A stretch of 64,000 nt of DNA from Planctomycetota bacterium. GTDB taxonomy: Bacteria > Planctomycetota > UBA1135 > UBA2386. The notes under the pieces are model-generated. The model ran no database searches and had not been told where the DNA came from. It saw only the letters and a list, made by a program, of their open reading frames with translations. Of this stretch, positions 31,033 through 41,036 are shown in pieces. Numbering within the stretch: the first letter of the stretch is position 1; the number at the start of each line of letters is the position of its first letter. The translations under genes and the position numbers were made by a program. The stretch spans positions 5,952,001 to 6,016,000 of the forward strand of contig JBKAGP010000001.1 in NCBI GenBank assembly GCA_046290465.1, in the 5' to 3' direction.

Positions 31033-33782
31033 ACGGCCCCCTGCACGAGCGGCCGCGGCTGCGCCGGCGACGACGACGCGTCGGCGAGGATCGCGTCAAA
31101 CATGCGGGCGAAGCCGCGCGCGCGCTGCTGCCAGTCCCACGCCGACTCGATCCGCTCGCGCAGCCGCAGGCCCATCCGTTCGCGCAGTTCCGGTCGTTGT
31201 TCGATCAGCATCAGCGCCGCCGCGAGCGCGCGCGGGTCCCGTTCGATCAGGATGCCGCTCTGGCCGTGCTCGATCAGCTCCGGCATGTTGCCGACCCGCG
31301 TGCTGACGATCGGCACGCCGCAGGCGGCCGCCTCGAGCGCCGGGTTGGGCGTGCCTTCGACGCGGCTCGCGCACACGTAGACGTCGAGGCCCTGGTAGAA
31401 CGTGCGCATCTCGGCGGGGGTGCGCAGCCGTTCTTCGCGGGCGGCGAGCAGCAGCTGGAACCGGCCGGGGTGGCCCTGCGCCAGCAGCGACATCGCCGGC
31501 CGGATCACGGTCGAGACGCCGCGCATGTCGGGTCCGAAGTTGTCGAGGCTGCCGGCCCAGCCGACGCGCAAAGGGCCCGGTGCGCGCGCGCCGGCGCGCG
31601 GCTGGAAGAAGCCGGCGTGCACGCCGTTGGGCAGGCACAGCGGCCGGGTGTCCGGCAGCAGCGGCCGCACCTCGTGCTCGAGCAGTTCGCTGTGGGTGAA
31701 CACGCTGTGCGGCAGCCGGCGCAGGATGTCGAGGCCGGCCTCGCGCAGCTCGCCCTCGAGCTCGTTGTGCGAGCAGACGCCCATCGCGAGCTTGTGGCGG
31801 TTGCGCGTCAGGGCCTCGCCGAGCCCCTCGAAGCTCATCAGCTGGCGCCAGTACCAGATCACCACGACGTCGGCGCGGTCGATGTCCTCGCCGGTCAGCG
31901 ATTCCTGGTAGACGACGCGGCCGTTGAACTTCGGCTGCAGGCAGCGGATCAGGTTGTGGGCCTTGTGGTCGTGCGCCCAGCCGCGGCTGTCGACGACGTA
32001 GAGCACCTCGGGACGCTGGCTCGGCGTCGGGATCGCGACCGAGCGGGTGGCGCGCCGGCAGAACAGCACGCCCTTGGGCATCGGCTCGTCGTTGCGCGTC
32101 TCGCGCACCACCTCGAAGCCGCAGCGCTGCAGCTCGTAGCGGATCTCGGCCGCGCCGTAGCGCGAGCGGTACTCGCTCGGGGCCCGCTGGTGCACCGGCT
32201 TGTCGACGTCGGACGACAACCAGCGGTGGTTCGGGTTCTTGTCGAAGTCGCGGTCGATGTAGTCCATCGCGAACAGTCCGTCGTCGCTCAGCAGCTCGCG
32301 GATCCGTCGCAGGAACGCATGCAGGTCGAAGTCGTCGACGAGCTGCACCCAGTTCATCGCGCAGATCGCGTCGTAGCGCCGGTCGGGCGCGGCCTTCAGC
32401 GTGCGGCCGTCGTCGATCCACAGCCTGGTTTCGCGACCGGCGGCGCGCAGAAGTTCGCGGCCGGCCGCGATCGCCTTCGGGTCGAGGTCGCAACCGCTCA
32501 GATCGCGCAGGCCGCGCGACGCCAGCCACTCGAGGTTGGCGCCGACGCCGCAGCCGATGTCGAGCACGCTCTGCTCCGGCGACAGGCTCTCGGCGAGCCA
32601 GGCGTAGGTCAGCGCGTTGTCCCAGCGTTCGGCGCGCGCGCGGATCGAGTAGGCGAACCACGGCTGCACGCCGTGCGTGGCCAGCACCGCGTCGACGTCG
32701 ACGTCGTCGCCGTCCGGGGTGCGGTAGCAAACCTGCCAGGGGGTGCCCTGCGGTCCGTCGGCGGTCCACATCTGCGGCTGCACGCGCGCGACGTTCGGCT
32801 GCGGCGCCTTCTTGTGCGCGTCCTCGGTGCGGGTGAAGGCCTGCTCGAACTCCGACATCGTCGCGAAGCCGAAGCCGAGCTCGCGGGCCCGTTCGGCGAC
32901 GGCGCGCAGGTCGTCGACGAACCGCTGCACGTCGCCGTCGGTCGCCGTGTACGGCGTCGCGCCGGCGACCAGCTCCATGCTGTGGAACATCATGCAGAGC
33001 GATTGCCACGGCAGGCCGCGGTCCTCGTCGCGCGCCGCCGCCTCGAGGATCGCCAGCAACTGCGCGCGCGTGCTGCTGACCGGGCGCAGCCAGGTCGGGC
33101 TGTCGCCGGCGCCGCCGCACAGGCTCGCGGGCACGATCGTGACCGGCACCTCGAGCAGCGGGGCGCCGTCCTGCAGGTCGTTGGCGGTGGCGAACACGTC
33201 GCCGCTGGCGTGCACTCGGTAGGGGCGGTGCGACAGATGGCGGAAGTCGGGCTCGCTGCGGCCCGCGGGGTCGGTCCAGACGACGCCGGGCGTGATCGAC
33301 GAGTCGACGCGGTAGCCGAGCTCGTAGAGCGCGCGGCCGGTGCGGCGGCCGATGCCGAAGCGGCCGGCGCGGAACGCCGTCGGCCGCTGCCCGAACTGCT
33401 GGCTGAACAGGTCGGTCAGTTCGCCGAGCAGCCGCCGTTCGTGTTCGGGCGAGAGGTCCTTCTGCATCCAGCGGATCTCGGTCGCGGGGTCGGTCCACTG
33501 GCGCCGCGGCAGCACGCCGGGCATGTAGTCGGCGTGCAGGTGCGCGGCCAGTTCGCAGTCGCGCTGACCGCGCAGCACCGCGACCGCGTCGCGGTCGCAC
33601 AGCGCCTCGGGACTGACGAAGTAGGTCGGCCGCATGCCGGTCTCGGCGCACAGCGGCGCGAGCAGCTGCGGGATCGCCTCGTGGATGCTGCGGAACGTCA
33701 GCGTCGTCGGCGTGCCCCAGCTCGGGTCGTAGTCGCGCTCGACGTCGAGGGTCAGCAGCAGGCGGGTCGTGCGTTCGCTCAT
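31029..33782 (-). CDS. triple fusion: polysaccharide deacetylase-like + SAM methyltransferase + GT4
   Basis: LTLDVE, AHLH, FRAGRFG, YRVDSS (deacetylase); VLDIGCGVG (MTase); EGTPNPALEAAACG (GT4). Confidence 0.85.
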   Translation of the reverse strand: MSERTTRLLLTLDVERDYDPSWGTPTTLTFRSIHEAIPQLLAPLCAETGMRPTYFVSPEALCDRDAVAVLRGQRDCELAAHLHADYMPGVLPRRQWTDPATEIRWMQKDLSPEHERRLLGELTDLFSQQFGQRPTAFRAGRFGIGRRTGRALYELGYRVDSSITPGVVWTDPAGRSEPDFRHLSHRPYRVHASGDVFATANDLQDGAPLLEVPVTIVPASLCGGAGDSPTWLRPVSSTRAQLLAILEAAARDEDRGLPWQSLCMMFHSMELVAGATPYTATDGDVQRFVDDLRAVAERARELGFGFATMSEFEQAFTRTEDAHKKAPQPNVARVQPQMWTADGPQGTPWQVCYRTPDGDDVDVDAVLATHGVQPWFAYSIRARAERWDNALTYAWLAESLSPEQSVLDIGCGVGANLEWLASRGLRDLSGCDLDPKAIAAGRELLRAAGRETRLWIDDGRTLKAAPDRRYDAICAMNWVQLVDDFDLHAFLRRIRELLSDDGLFAMDYIDRDFDKNPNHRWLSSDVDKPVHQRAPSEYRSRYGAAEIRYELQRCGFEVVRETRNDEPMPKGVLFCRRATRSVAIPTPSQRPEVLYVVDSRGWAHDHKAHNLIRCLQPKFNGRVVYQESLTGEDIDRADVVVIWYWRQLMSFEGLGEALTRNRHKLAMGVCSHNELEGELREAGLDILRRLPHSVFTHSELLEHEVRPLLPDTRPLCLPNGVHAGFFQPRAGARAPGPLRVGWAGSLDNFGPDMRGVSTVIRPAMSLLAQGHPGRFQLLLAAREERLRTPAEMRTFYQGLDVYVCASRVEGTPNPALEAAACGVPIVSTRVGNMPELIEHGQSGILIERDPRALAAALMLIEQRPELRERMGLRLRERIESAWDWQQRARGFARMFDAILADASSSPAQPRPLVQGAV

Positions 33783-35476
33783 CGGGTGGCTCCGGCCGGC
33801 GCCGGCGCGGTGGTGTGCGCGGCGATCACGAGGTTCTTGTCGAAGCAGCGCGGCGTGCTGCGGTCCTGCAGCGCGAACAGCTGCTGGTGGAAGCGGCGCG
33901 ACTCGGCGACGTTCTGCGCCAGCGACGGCTCGGCCGAGAAGTCGGGCACCAGCAGTTCGTGGTGTTCGAAGCCGGCGAGCCGCAGCAGCTGGCCGGCGCT
34001 CTGCTCGGTGAAGCCGACCTGGTGGGTCAGGTCCATGCAGCGCGAGTAGATGCCGAGCACGTTGGCCATGTTGGGCGTGCGGAACACCGCGACCCCGCCC
34101 GGGCGCAGTGCACCGCGCACCGCCTTGGCGAAGTCGAGCGCCTCGCCGAGCGGGAAGTGCTCGAGCAGGTCCCACGCGGTGATCAGGTCGTAGCCGCCGA
34201 CGCGTGCCCGCAAGTGCTCGATCGCATCGCCGAGCGCCAGGTCGGCGTCGCTGCCGAGCCGCCGCGAGGCGTGCGCGTGCAGCTGGGCGTCGATCTCGAC
34301 GCCGTGCAGATCGCTGTAGCCGTGTTCGCGCAGGAACTGCAGCAAGAGGCCGTAGCCGCAGCCGACGTCGAGCGCGCGCGCGCTGCGGTCGTGCGGCAGC
34401 ACCGGCAGCAGTTCGCTGCGGTAGTAGGCGAACGCGGCGGTCACGGTGTTCTCGTCCGGCTCGTTGAGCGCGTCGAAGTGTTCGTGGTAGGCCTGCTTGC
34501 ACTGCGCGACGACGTCGGCGTCGGTGGTCGGCTGCGGGATCGCGACGCTGGTCTCGGCGCGCAGCAGGCCGGCCGCGTGGTCGAACAGCGCACGCCATGC
34601 CGGCGCCACCGCGTGCCAGCTGCGGCTCGCCGCCAGCCGTTCGCGGTTGGCCCGGCCGCAGGCGCGCACGTGGGCCGGATCGGCGCAGCAGCGGTGCATC
34701 GCGGCGCGGAACGCGTCGGCGCGGCGCGCGACGATCTGGCCGTGCTCGGCGCGTTCGATCAGTTCGGGCGCGATGCCGACGTCGGTCGAGATCGCGTAGC
34801 AGCCCGACGCCATCGCCTCGAGCAGCGGGCGCGGTTCGCCCTCGCGCGTCGACGCGACCAGCAGCACGTCGACCTCGCGGTAGAACGCCGCCATCGCGTC
34901 GCGGTCGAGCTCGCCGCCGGCGACGCGCACGTCGAAGCCGTCGGCCGCCGGCCGCAGCACGTCGTCGAGGCCCTTGCACGGGTCGTCGGCGTTGCCGGCC
35001 CAGCCGAACACCAGCGGGTCGTCGGCGGGCGCGTCCGGCCGCGCTGGAGCGGGATGGAAGTGCTCGAGTTCGACGCCCTGCGGCGTGTGCAGCACCCGCC
35101 GTTCGTGTTCGAGCAGGGCGACCAGGCGCCGCGAGGTCGCGCCGAGCGTGGCGGCGTCGGCGAGGTGTTCGTCCGCGAAGCGTTCGGGGGTCAGCAGGCC
35201 GTAGGAGTGCTCCTGCCAGCGGTGGCTCGAGATCAGCTTGAGCACGCGGCGCGGATCCTGCACGAACTGCTGGTGCCAGGTCTCGCCCCAGAAGCAGACC
35301 ATCACCAGGTCGAAGTCCCACTGCGACAGGTCGGGCTGCTCCTGCACGTAGGCGATGCGGCACTCGTAGTGCTCGTCGAGCGCGGCTGCGACGCCGTGGC
35401 AGAGCTGGTCGTAGGCCCAGCCGCGACGGTCGGCCAGCAGCCAGACCTTGGGGCGGGCGCGGTCGAGGTCAGCCAT
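33779..35476 (-). CDS. GT4 glycosyltransferase + SAM methyltransferase fusion
   Basis: EGEPRPLLEAMASG; ALDVGCGYG, LLEH, LRPGG..TPN, DLTH. Confidence 0.87.
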   Translation of the reverse strand: MADLDRARPKVWLLADRRGWAYDQLCHGVAAALDEHYECRIAYVQEQPDLSQWDFDLVMVCFWGETWHQQFVQDPRRVLKLISSHRWQEHSYGLLTPERFADEHLADAATLGATSRRLVALLEHERRVLHTPQGVELEHFHPAPARPDAPADDPLVFGWAGNADDPCKGLDDVLRPAADGFDVRVAGGELDRDAMAAFYREVDVLLVASTREGEPRPLLEAMASGCYAISTDVGIAPELIERAEHGQIVARRADAFRAAMHRCCADPAHVRACGRANRERLAASRSWHAVAPAWRALFDHAAGLLRAETSVAIPQPTTDADVVAQCKQAYHEHFDALNEPDENTVTAAFAYYRSELLPVLPHDRSARALDVGCGYGLLLQFLREHGYSDLHGVEIDAQLHAHASRRLGSDADLALGDAIEHLRARVGGYDLITAWDLLEHFPLGEALDFAKAVRGALRPGGVAVFRTPNMANVLGIYSRCMDLTHQVGFTEQSAGQLLRLAGFEHHELLVPDFSAEPSLAQNVAESRRFHQQLFALQDRSTPRCFDKNLVIAAHTTAPAPAGATR

Positions 35477-36704
35477 CGCAGGCCTCCTTGCGCAGCACGC
35501 CGCACCACGAGCCGAGCAGGTGGTGGACCTCGCCCGCGGGGCGGACCTGCTCGACGAAGCGCCGCACGCCGGCGACCGACGTGCCGATCCAGGGATGCAC
35601 CGTGCACAGCGACGGACTGAAGTCGTGCCAGACCAAGAAGCCGCCCGGCTTCAGCCGACGCCAGGCCTGCAGCGAGTCGGCGTGCACCGCGGCCGCGTCG
35701 TGGCAGGCGTCGACGAACGCCAGGTGCAGCGTGTTGGGCACGCGCGCCCAGTCCCAGTCGAGCGTGTTGGCGTAGAGCTGGCGCAGGTTGTGCACGCCGC
35801 GTTCGCGCGGGTAGCTGCCGATCTGTTCGCGGCTCAGCACGTGCGTCGTGTGCACGCCGGCGGCGCGCGCCTGCTCGGGCAGCATGTTGACCGTCGTGAC
35901 CACGTAGCGGCCGATGTTGGTCGCCAGCTTGTAGGCGCTGCGGCCGTGCGAGGTGCCGAGATCGAGGCACGGGCCGGGGAAGCTTGCGGCGAGGCCGCAC
36001 AGCACCTCGGCGTCGCGGCGCTTGCGGCCGTGACGTTCGCAGTCGTTCTCGACCACGTCGAGGTCGTCCTCGAGCAGCACGCCGGGATCGTGCAGGCCGA
36101 ACGCGGCGAGCAGCTGCCGCTGGTCTCTGTGCACGTGCACCGGCATGCCGAGGCGGGCAGCCGCGGGTTCGGCCAGCAGCAGCTGGTCGCCGAGCTGCGA
36201 GCCGAGGTCGTCTTCGGTCACGATGGGCGCGCGGTTGTCGGCAGAGAGCGGCACCAGGCCGCGTTGGTGCAGCAACGGGATCACCGTGGCCAGCGCGTCG
36301 GCGGGCACGGTCAACGCGAGCTGCCGGCACGGCGGCAGCGCCGTGAGCACCGGGCCGAGCGCGGCGGTCGCGGTGATCCGCGCGCTCAGGTGGACCAGGT
36401 CGAAGCTGCCGTCGGTCGGCAGCGCGTCGGGCACCTCGATCCGTCGGTCGAAGCTCGCCTTGCGGGCGCTGGCGCGGGTTGCGATGCGCGCGCCGTCGTC
36501 CGGGTCCCAGCAGACCACCGGCACGCTGCCGGCGCGCGCCGCGAACAGCAGCGACGACCACCCCGCGCCGCAGCCGACTTCGAGGATCGCCGCACCGTTC
36601 TGCACGTGCGGCAGCACCGCCCGGGCTGCCTGTGCTTCGCGGGTCGGGTCGAGGGCACACGTGGTGCCGTCCGCGCCGTTGCGGACCGTTGCCGAATCGA
36701 TCAT
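35469..36704 (-). CDS. tandem SAM methyltransferase-domain protein (C-terminal Methyltransf_24-like)
   Basis: ILEVGCGAG at the N-terminus; LDLGTSHGRS, FVDACH, LKPGGFLVWHD at the C-terminus. Confidence 0.8.
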   Translation of the reverse strand: MIDSATVRNGADGTTCALDPTREAQAARAVLPHVQNGAAILEVGCGAGWSSLLFAARAGSVPVVCWDPDDGARIATRASARKASFDRRIEVPDALPTDGSFDLVHLSARITATAALGPVLTALPPCRQLALTVPADALATVIPLLHQRGLVPLSADNRAPIVTEDDLGSQLGDQLLLAEPAAARLGMPVHVHRDQRQLLAAFGLHDPGVLLEDDLDVVENDCERHGRKRRDAEVLCGLAASFPGPCLDLGTSHGRSAYKLATNIGRYVVTTVNMLPEQARAAGVHTTHVLSREQIGSYPRERGVHNLRQLYANTLDWDWARVPNTLHLAFVDACHDAAAVHADSLQAWRRLKPGGFLVWHDFSPSLCTVHPWIGTSVAGVRRFVEQVRPAGEVHHLLGSWCGVLRKEACDG

Positions 36705-36749
36705 GCCATCGGTGCTATCGGGCCGCCGCGCACCGTGGCTTGAGCGGTG

Positions 36750-37931
36750 CTACATGCCCGAGTCCTGCTCGCCCTGGGCGCGCAGCGTGACGTCGAACTG
36801 CAGCAGCTGCGGGGCGTCGGGCAGGCCGCGCACGACCGTCACCTTGATCGAGTCGCCGGGCTTGTGGCCCGACAGCACCGGATCGAGTTCGTGGAACGCG
36901 CGCACCGGGGTGTTGTCGATCGCGACGATCACGTCGCCGTGCTCCTCGATCTGCGGGCCGCGGCCGGTCTCCTTGATCCGGAACGGTCGGATGCCGGCCA
37001 GGTCGGCGCCGTAGCCGGGGGCGATGGCCTGGGCGATCGCACCGGACGTGTACGGCATGTCCAGCTGGGCGCCGAGGCGGTAGCTGCCGTACTCGCCGCG
37101 CTGCACGCCGAGCAGCGCCTTGGTCGACTTTTTGCCGAGCAGCCGCGGCACGATCTCGTTGACGGTGTCGACCGGCACCGCGAAGCCGAGGCCGGCGTTG
37201 GCGCCGCTGGGGGAGTAGATCGCCGTGGTGACGCCGATCAGGCGACCGGCCGAGTCGAGCAGCGGGCCGCCCGAGTTGCCCGGATTGATCGCGGCGTCGA
37301 CCTGGATCAGGCCGTACATCAGCTTGCCGTCCTCGGCCTTCAGGGTGCGGTTCAGGGCGCTGACGATGCCGGTCGTCATCGTCTGGTCGAAGCCGAACGG
37401 GTTGCCGATCGCGATCGCGGTCTGGCCGACGCGCAGGTCGTGGGAGCTGCCGAGCGCGATCGGCGTCAGCTCGCCGAGCGGGCCCTTCAGCTTGAGGATC
37501 GCGAGGTCGTGGTCCGGCGACGAGTTGAGCACGTCGGCGCGGTAGTTGCGTCCGGCGACGGTCACCTCGACCTGCCGCGCGCCGCGCACGACGTGGTCGT
37601 TGGTGACGATGATGCCGGCCTCGTCCCAGACGAAGCCGCTGCCCGATCCCTGCTGGCGCTGCACGCCGCCCCAGTTGTTGGCGACCAGCGACTTCGTGTT
37701 GATGTGGCAGACCGACGGCGAGGTCTGCTCGAACACGTCGACGAAGCTGGTCTCGAGCGGCGCCAGCGCGCCTCGCGCCGTGACCGCGCGTGGGCTCAGG
37801 TCCGGCGTCGGGTCGAACACGCCGGTGCGGTCGAGCACGAGGTAGGCGGCGAGCACGAACGCGGCGCTGGCGAAGACCAGCGGCAGCGGGCTCTGACGGG
37901 GGGCGGCGAACGGCGTGTAGGAGTTGCTCAT
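36750..37931 (-). CDS. HtrA/Deg-family serine protease with PDZ domain
   Basis: GSGSGF, VTNDHVV, DLAILK, AIGNPFG, DAAINPGNSGGPL. Confidence 0.95.
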   Translation of the reverse strand: MSNSYTPFAAPRQSPLPLVFASAAFVLAAYLVLDRTGVFDPTPDLSPRAVTARGALAPLETSFVDVFEQTSPSVCHINTKSLVANNWGGVQRQQGSGSGFVWDEAGIIVTNDHVVRGARQVEVTVAGRNYRADVLNSSPDHDLAILKLKGPLGELTPIALGSSHDLRVGQTAIAIGNPFGFDQTMTTGIVSALNRTLKAEDGKLMYGLIQVDAAINPGNSGGPLLDSAGRLIGVTTAIYSPSGANAGLGFAVPVDTVNEIVPRLLGKKSTKALLGVQRGEYGSYRLGAQLDMPYTSGAIAQAIAPGYGADLAGIRPFRIKETGRGPQIEEHGDVIVAIDNTPVRAFHELDPVLSGHKPGDSIKVTVVRGLPDAPQLLQFDVTLRAQGEQDSGM

Positions 37932-38034
37932 CGACGTTCCGGTTGGGTCGGCGGGCGCAGGACGGGCGCCCCGCTACGGGGCTGCCTGAAGAGTACGCCG
38001 AGAACTCGTGCGGAAGTCCACCCCGTCGCGGCCG

Positions 38035-40839
38035 TTACTCCGGCTTGGGCCAGAGATCGCGCCAGTCGCCGGTCGGGCTGTTGTGCTGGGCGCGCAGCAT
38101 CGCGACCGCCTCGGGGTGCAGCTGCACCCGTTCCATCGCGGTCTCGCTGAGGATCTGTCCGCAGGCCTCGACGATGCCCTCGGGGTGCATGTCGTGGTAC
38201 TCGTAGATGTGCTTGGGCGTACCGGACTTGCTGAACTTGACCACCGCGCGCGCCAGCTGCGGCACGCCGAGGATCGAGCCCAGGTTGTCGAGCAGGCCGA
38301 TCTCGCCGTCGTGCACCGAAACGATCGGCACGCGGCAGCCGGCGAGGTCGACGGCGCCGAGCGCGTCGATCGGGCCGTTGCTCGGACGCAGGTGCAGGCG
38401 GCCGTCGACCTCGAGCGTCTGCTTGAGGTGCGCGAAGCCGTCCTTTCTGCCGAGTTCGCCGCACAGCAGGTCCGGCGACGACACCACCGTGACGTTGGCG
38501 TAGACGCCGCGGTCGAGCAGCTGCTCGGCGGCGGTGATCGCCTCGGGCACCAGCGCGCCCATGACGAACAGCTCGACGACGTTCTCGCCGGGGTTGTAGC
38601 CGTTGTAGCCGCGCCAGTCGATCAGGCGGAAGCCGCCGCGCAGCGAGTGGGCCTTGACCGTCTCGAGGATCTCGGCCTCGGGCCGCGTCGGCACCTCGGC
38701 CTCGTGCAGGCCGCCGTCCTCGGCGGTCAGGCCGAGCCTGGCGTCGTCGGGCATGTCGGTCTTGAACTGCACCTGACGCTTCAGCCAGGTCAGCATGTCC
38801 TTCTGGTTGAGCGCGCGGGTCACGGCGCGGATCAGCACGCCGCTGCGGCCCTGATTGTCGCGCGAGAAGTGGCGCTGGATCGCGTCGCAGAGGATCCACT
38901 CCATCTCGATCGCGAACGCCGGCTCCCAGGTGATCAGGTTGGGGATCTGGATGTCGCTCTTCCAGCTGTGCTGGGCGCCCTCCGGCGCGAGCGTGATGCC
39001 CGACGGCGTGCCGACCAGGATGAACGAGCTGCCCCAGTAGAGGTTGTAGTAGAGCTGGTCGAGGGCCCGTTTGATGAAGAAGTCGTAGACCGTCATCATC
39101 GGCAGGAACGGGATCCCGGCGATGTCGTGCATCTTGCCGAAGCTGCCGACCGCGGTCATGCAGTTGGCCTCGGCGATCTCGAAGCGGATGTGGCGCGTCC
39201 ACGCCTCGTCGGTCGGCGCCAGCTCGGGGCGCAGGCGCTCGTGCAGCTCGAGCTTCGACTCCCAGTTCTCGTCGTGCTTGGGGCCGAAGATCTTCTCGTC
39301 CATCGCCGGGTTGATGTTGGTCGACGTGCCGACGTCCGGCGCCATCGTCATCATCAGGTCGGCGAGCGGGTTCCACTTCGCCTCGGCTTCGGTCAGCTCC
39401 TTGCCGGCCTTGTTCTCCTTGCCGGCCTGCTTCAGCTCGTCGTAGACGCCGATGCGGACCAGCTTGGCGGCCAGCTGGCCCCACATCCACTGCGTGTGGG
39501 TGGTGGGGGCGAGCTTGAGGTTGATGTCGAGCGAGCCCGGCAGGCCGCCCTGCTCGTCGATCTGCGTCTGCACGCGCTGGCGGTTGGCCTCGGCCTGCGC
39601 CTCGAGCGCCTCGATGCCGAGGCGCAGCTCCTCGCCGCGCTGGGTCGCGAACCTGCCCTCTTCGCTGTCCTGGTCGAGGCGCACGAACGGCCGCTCCATC
39701 GACAGGCCCTGTGCCTCGAGGATCGCGACGACCTCCTTCTCGTCGGGCATCGCCGAGTGGTTGCCGTTGGCGGCGACGCACTCGAGGCCGCGGCCCTTGA
39801 TCGTGTGCATCAGGATCAGGGTCGGGCGCAGCTTGTCCTTCTTCGAGTTCTCGAACGCCTCGACGATCGCCTCGTGGTCGTGGCCGCCGGTGTCGAAGAA
39901 CAGCTTGACGACGTCCTCGTCCGACAGCGATTCGATCAGCTTCTTCGCCTGCGGTTCCGCGCCGATTACGGCCTCGCGCATCAGCTGCGCGTCGCGCTTC
40001 CAGATCAGCGCCTGGTAGTGGTAGTCGGTGAAGCCGCGCTCGAACGCGCGGCGCAGCGCGTCGCCGCCCTTCTTCGCGAACACCGACTCGCGGAAGCTGC
40101 CGTGGCGCAGCTGGATGACCTCCCAGCCGTTGGCGATCGCGGTGCGCTCGATGCGGTCGGCGTCGGTGCCCTGCAGGCCGCGGTTGTTGGGGATCCGGGT
40201 GCCGTCGAGGTTCTGGCGGTTGTAGTCGATGATCCAGGTGACGTTGCCCAGCTCGCGCTCGGCGACCTCGGGCAGCACCTCGAGCAGCGAGCCTTCGCGG
40301 AACTCGCTGTCGCCCATCATGCACCAGAAGTGCGGCTCGTCGACGTCCCAGCCGTGCTGGTTGGCGTAGCGGTAGGCGAGCGCCTGGTAGACCGCGACGA
40401 CCGGCGGGATGCCCACCGAGCCGGACGGCAGGAACCGCCAGCTGTCCGGGTCGGCCTCGGCGTGGTAGCTCTGGAACACCGGCTTGCCGTCGTGCGAGAA
40501 GCTGCGCAGCCGGTGCATGACCGCCTCGCTGTCCTCCTCGTCGAACCAGGTGCCGTCGTCGTGACGGAACAGGCCCATCGCGTGGTGCAGCGAGTGGTCG
40601 ACCGGCGAGCTGTGCGGCTTGCAGCAGATGTAGTCGTTCGGGCTGCGCACCACGAGGTGCAGGGCCGACATGAAGTCGAGGCTCGACGCGCACGCCGCCG
40701 GGTGGCCACCCACCTTGGGGTCGGTCTTGTCGGCGTCGGGGCGGTGGTTGGCGATGTGGATCATCGCGACCATGTGCGCGAACGCGCGGCGTGCGACCTT
40801 GTCGATCAGGGCGAAATCGGGCTGGGTGGCGGACGTCAT
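38035..40839 (-). CDS. AceE-type (homodimeric) 2-oxoacid dehydrogenase E1 / transketolase superfamily
   Basis: KVGGHPA, KPHSSP, QSYH, ThDP motif GDSE...NRQNLDG, IAEAN, YDFFIKRALDQ, GTPSGITLAPEGAQH. Confidence 0.88.
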   Translation of the reverse strand: MTSATQPDFALIDKVARRAFAHMVAMIHIANHRPDADKTDPKVGGHPAACASSLDFMSALHLVVRSPNDYICCKPHSSPVDHSLHHAMGLFRHDDGTWFDEEDSEAVMHRLRSFSHDGKPVFQSYHAEADPDSWRFLPSGSVGIPPVVAVYQALAYRYANQHGWDVDEPHFWCMMGDSEFREGSLLEVLPEVAERELGNVTWIIDYNRQNLDGTRIPNNRGLQGTDADRIERTAIANGWEVIQLRHGSFRESVFAKKGGDALRRAFERGFTDYHYQALIWKRDAQLMREAVIGAEPQAKKLIESLSDEDVVKLFFDTGGHDHEAIVEAFENSKKDKLRPTLILMHTIKGRGLECVAANGNHSAMPDEKEVVAILEAQGLSMERPFVRLDQDSEEGRFATQRGEELRLGIEALEAQAEANRQRVQTQIDEQGGLPGSLDINLKLAPTTHTQWMWGQLAAKLVRIGVYDELKQAGKENKAGKELTEAEAKWNPLADLMMTMAPDVGTSTNINPAMDEKIFGPKHDENWESKLELHERLRPELAPTDEAWTRHIRFEIAEANCMTAVGSFGKMHDIAGIPFLPMMTVYDFFIKRALDQLYYNLYWGSSFILVGTPSGITLAPEGAQHSWKSDIQIPNLITWEPAFAIEMEWILCDAIQRHFSRDNQGRSGVLIRAVTRALNQKDMLTWLKRQVQFKTDMPDDARLGLTAEDGGLHEAEVPTRPEAEILETVKAHSLRGGFRLIDWRGYNGYNPGENVVELFVMGALVPEAITAAEQLLDRGVYANVTVVSSPDLLCGELGRKDGFAHLKQTLEVDGRLHLRPSNGPIDALGAVDLAGCRVPIVSVHDGEIGLLDNLGSILGVPQLARAVVKFSKSGTPKHIYEYHDMHPEGIVEACGQILSETAMERVQLHPEAVAMLRAQHNSPTGDWRDLWPKPE

Positions 40840-41036
40840 GGGTGGGCAGTTGTTCGAGGGGTCTGCAGCCCAGTGAAGTTAGGGGGTAGTGGGGCGGGTT
40901 GCCACCTCGGGCAAGGCGACCGGGCGACGAGGTGCGGGATTTGCGCGGGGTTTCCCGTCGGGCGGACCGGATCCGGGTCTCCCCTGCGGGGAAGGTCCTG
41001 ACGGTGCGAAGCGCTGCCGCTGCCGATGCCCGGAGC

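Noticed and set aside
40840..41036. Cobalamin riboswitch upstream of the B12-binding gene
   Set aside because: Only a GGGAAGG fragment and a small hairpin; I could not find the GCCACTG B12 box or core stems. An Infernal/Rfam search would settle it.
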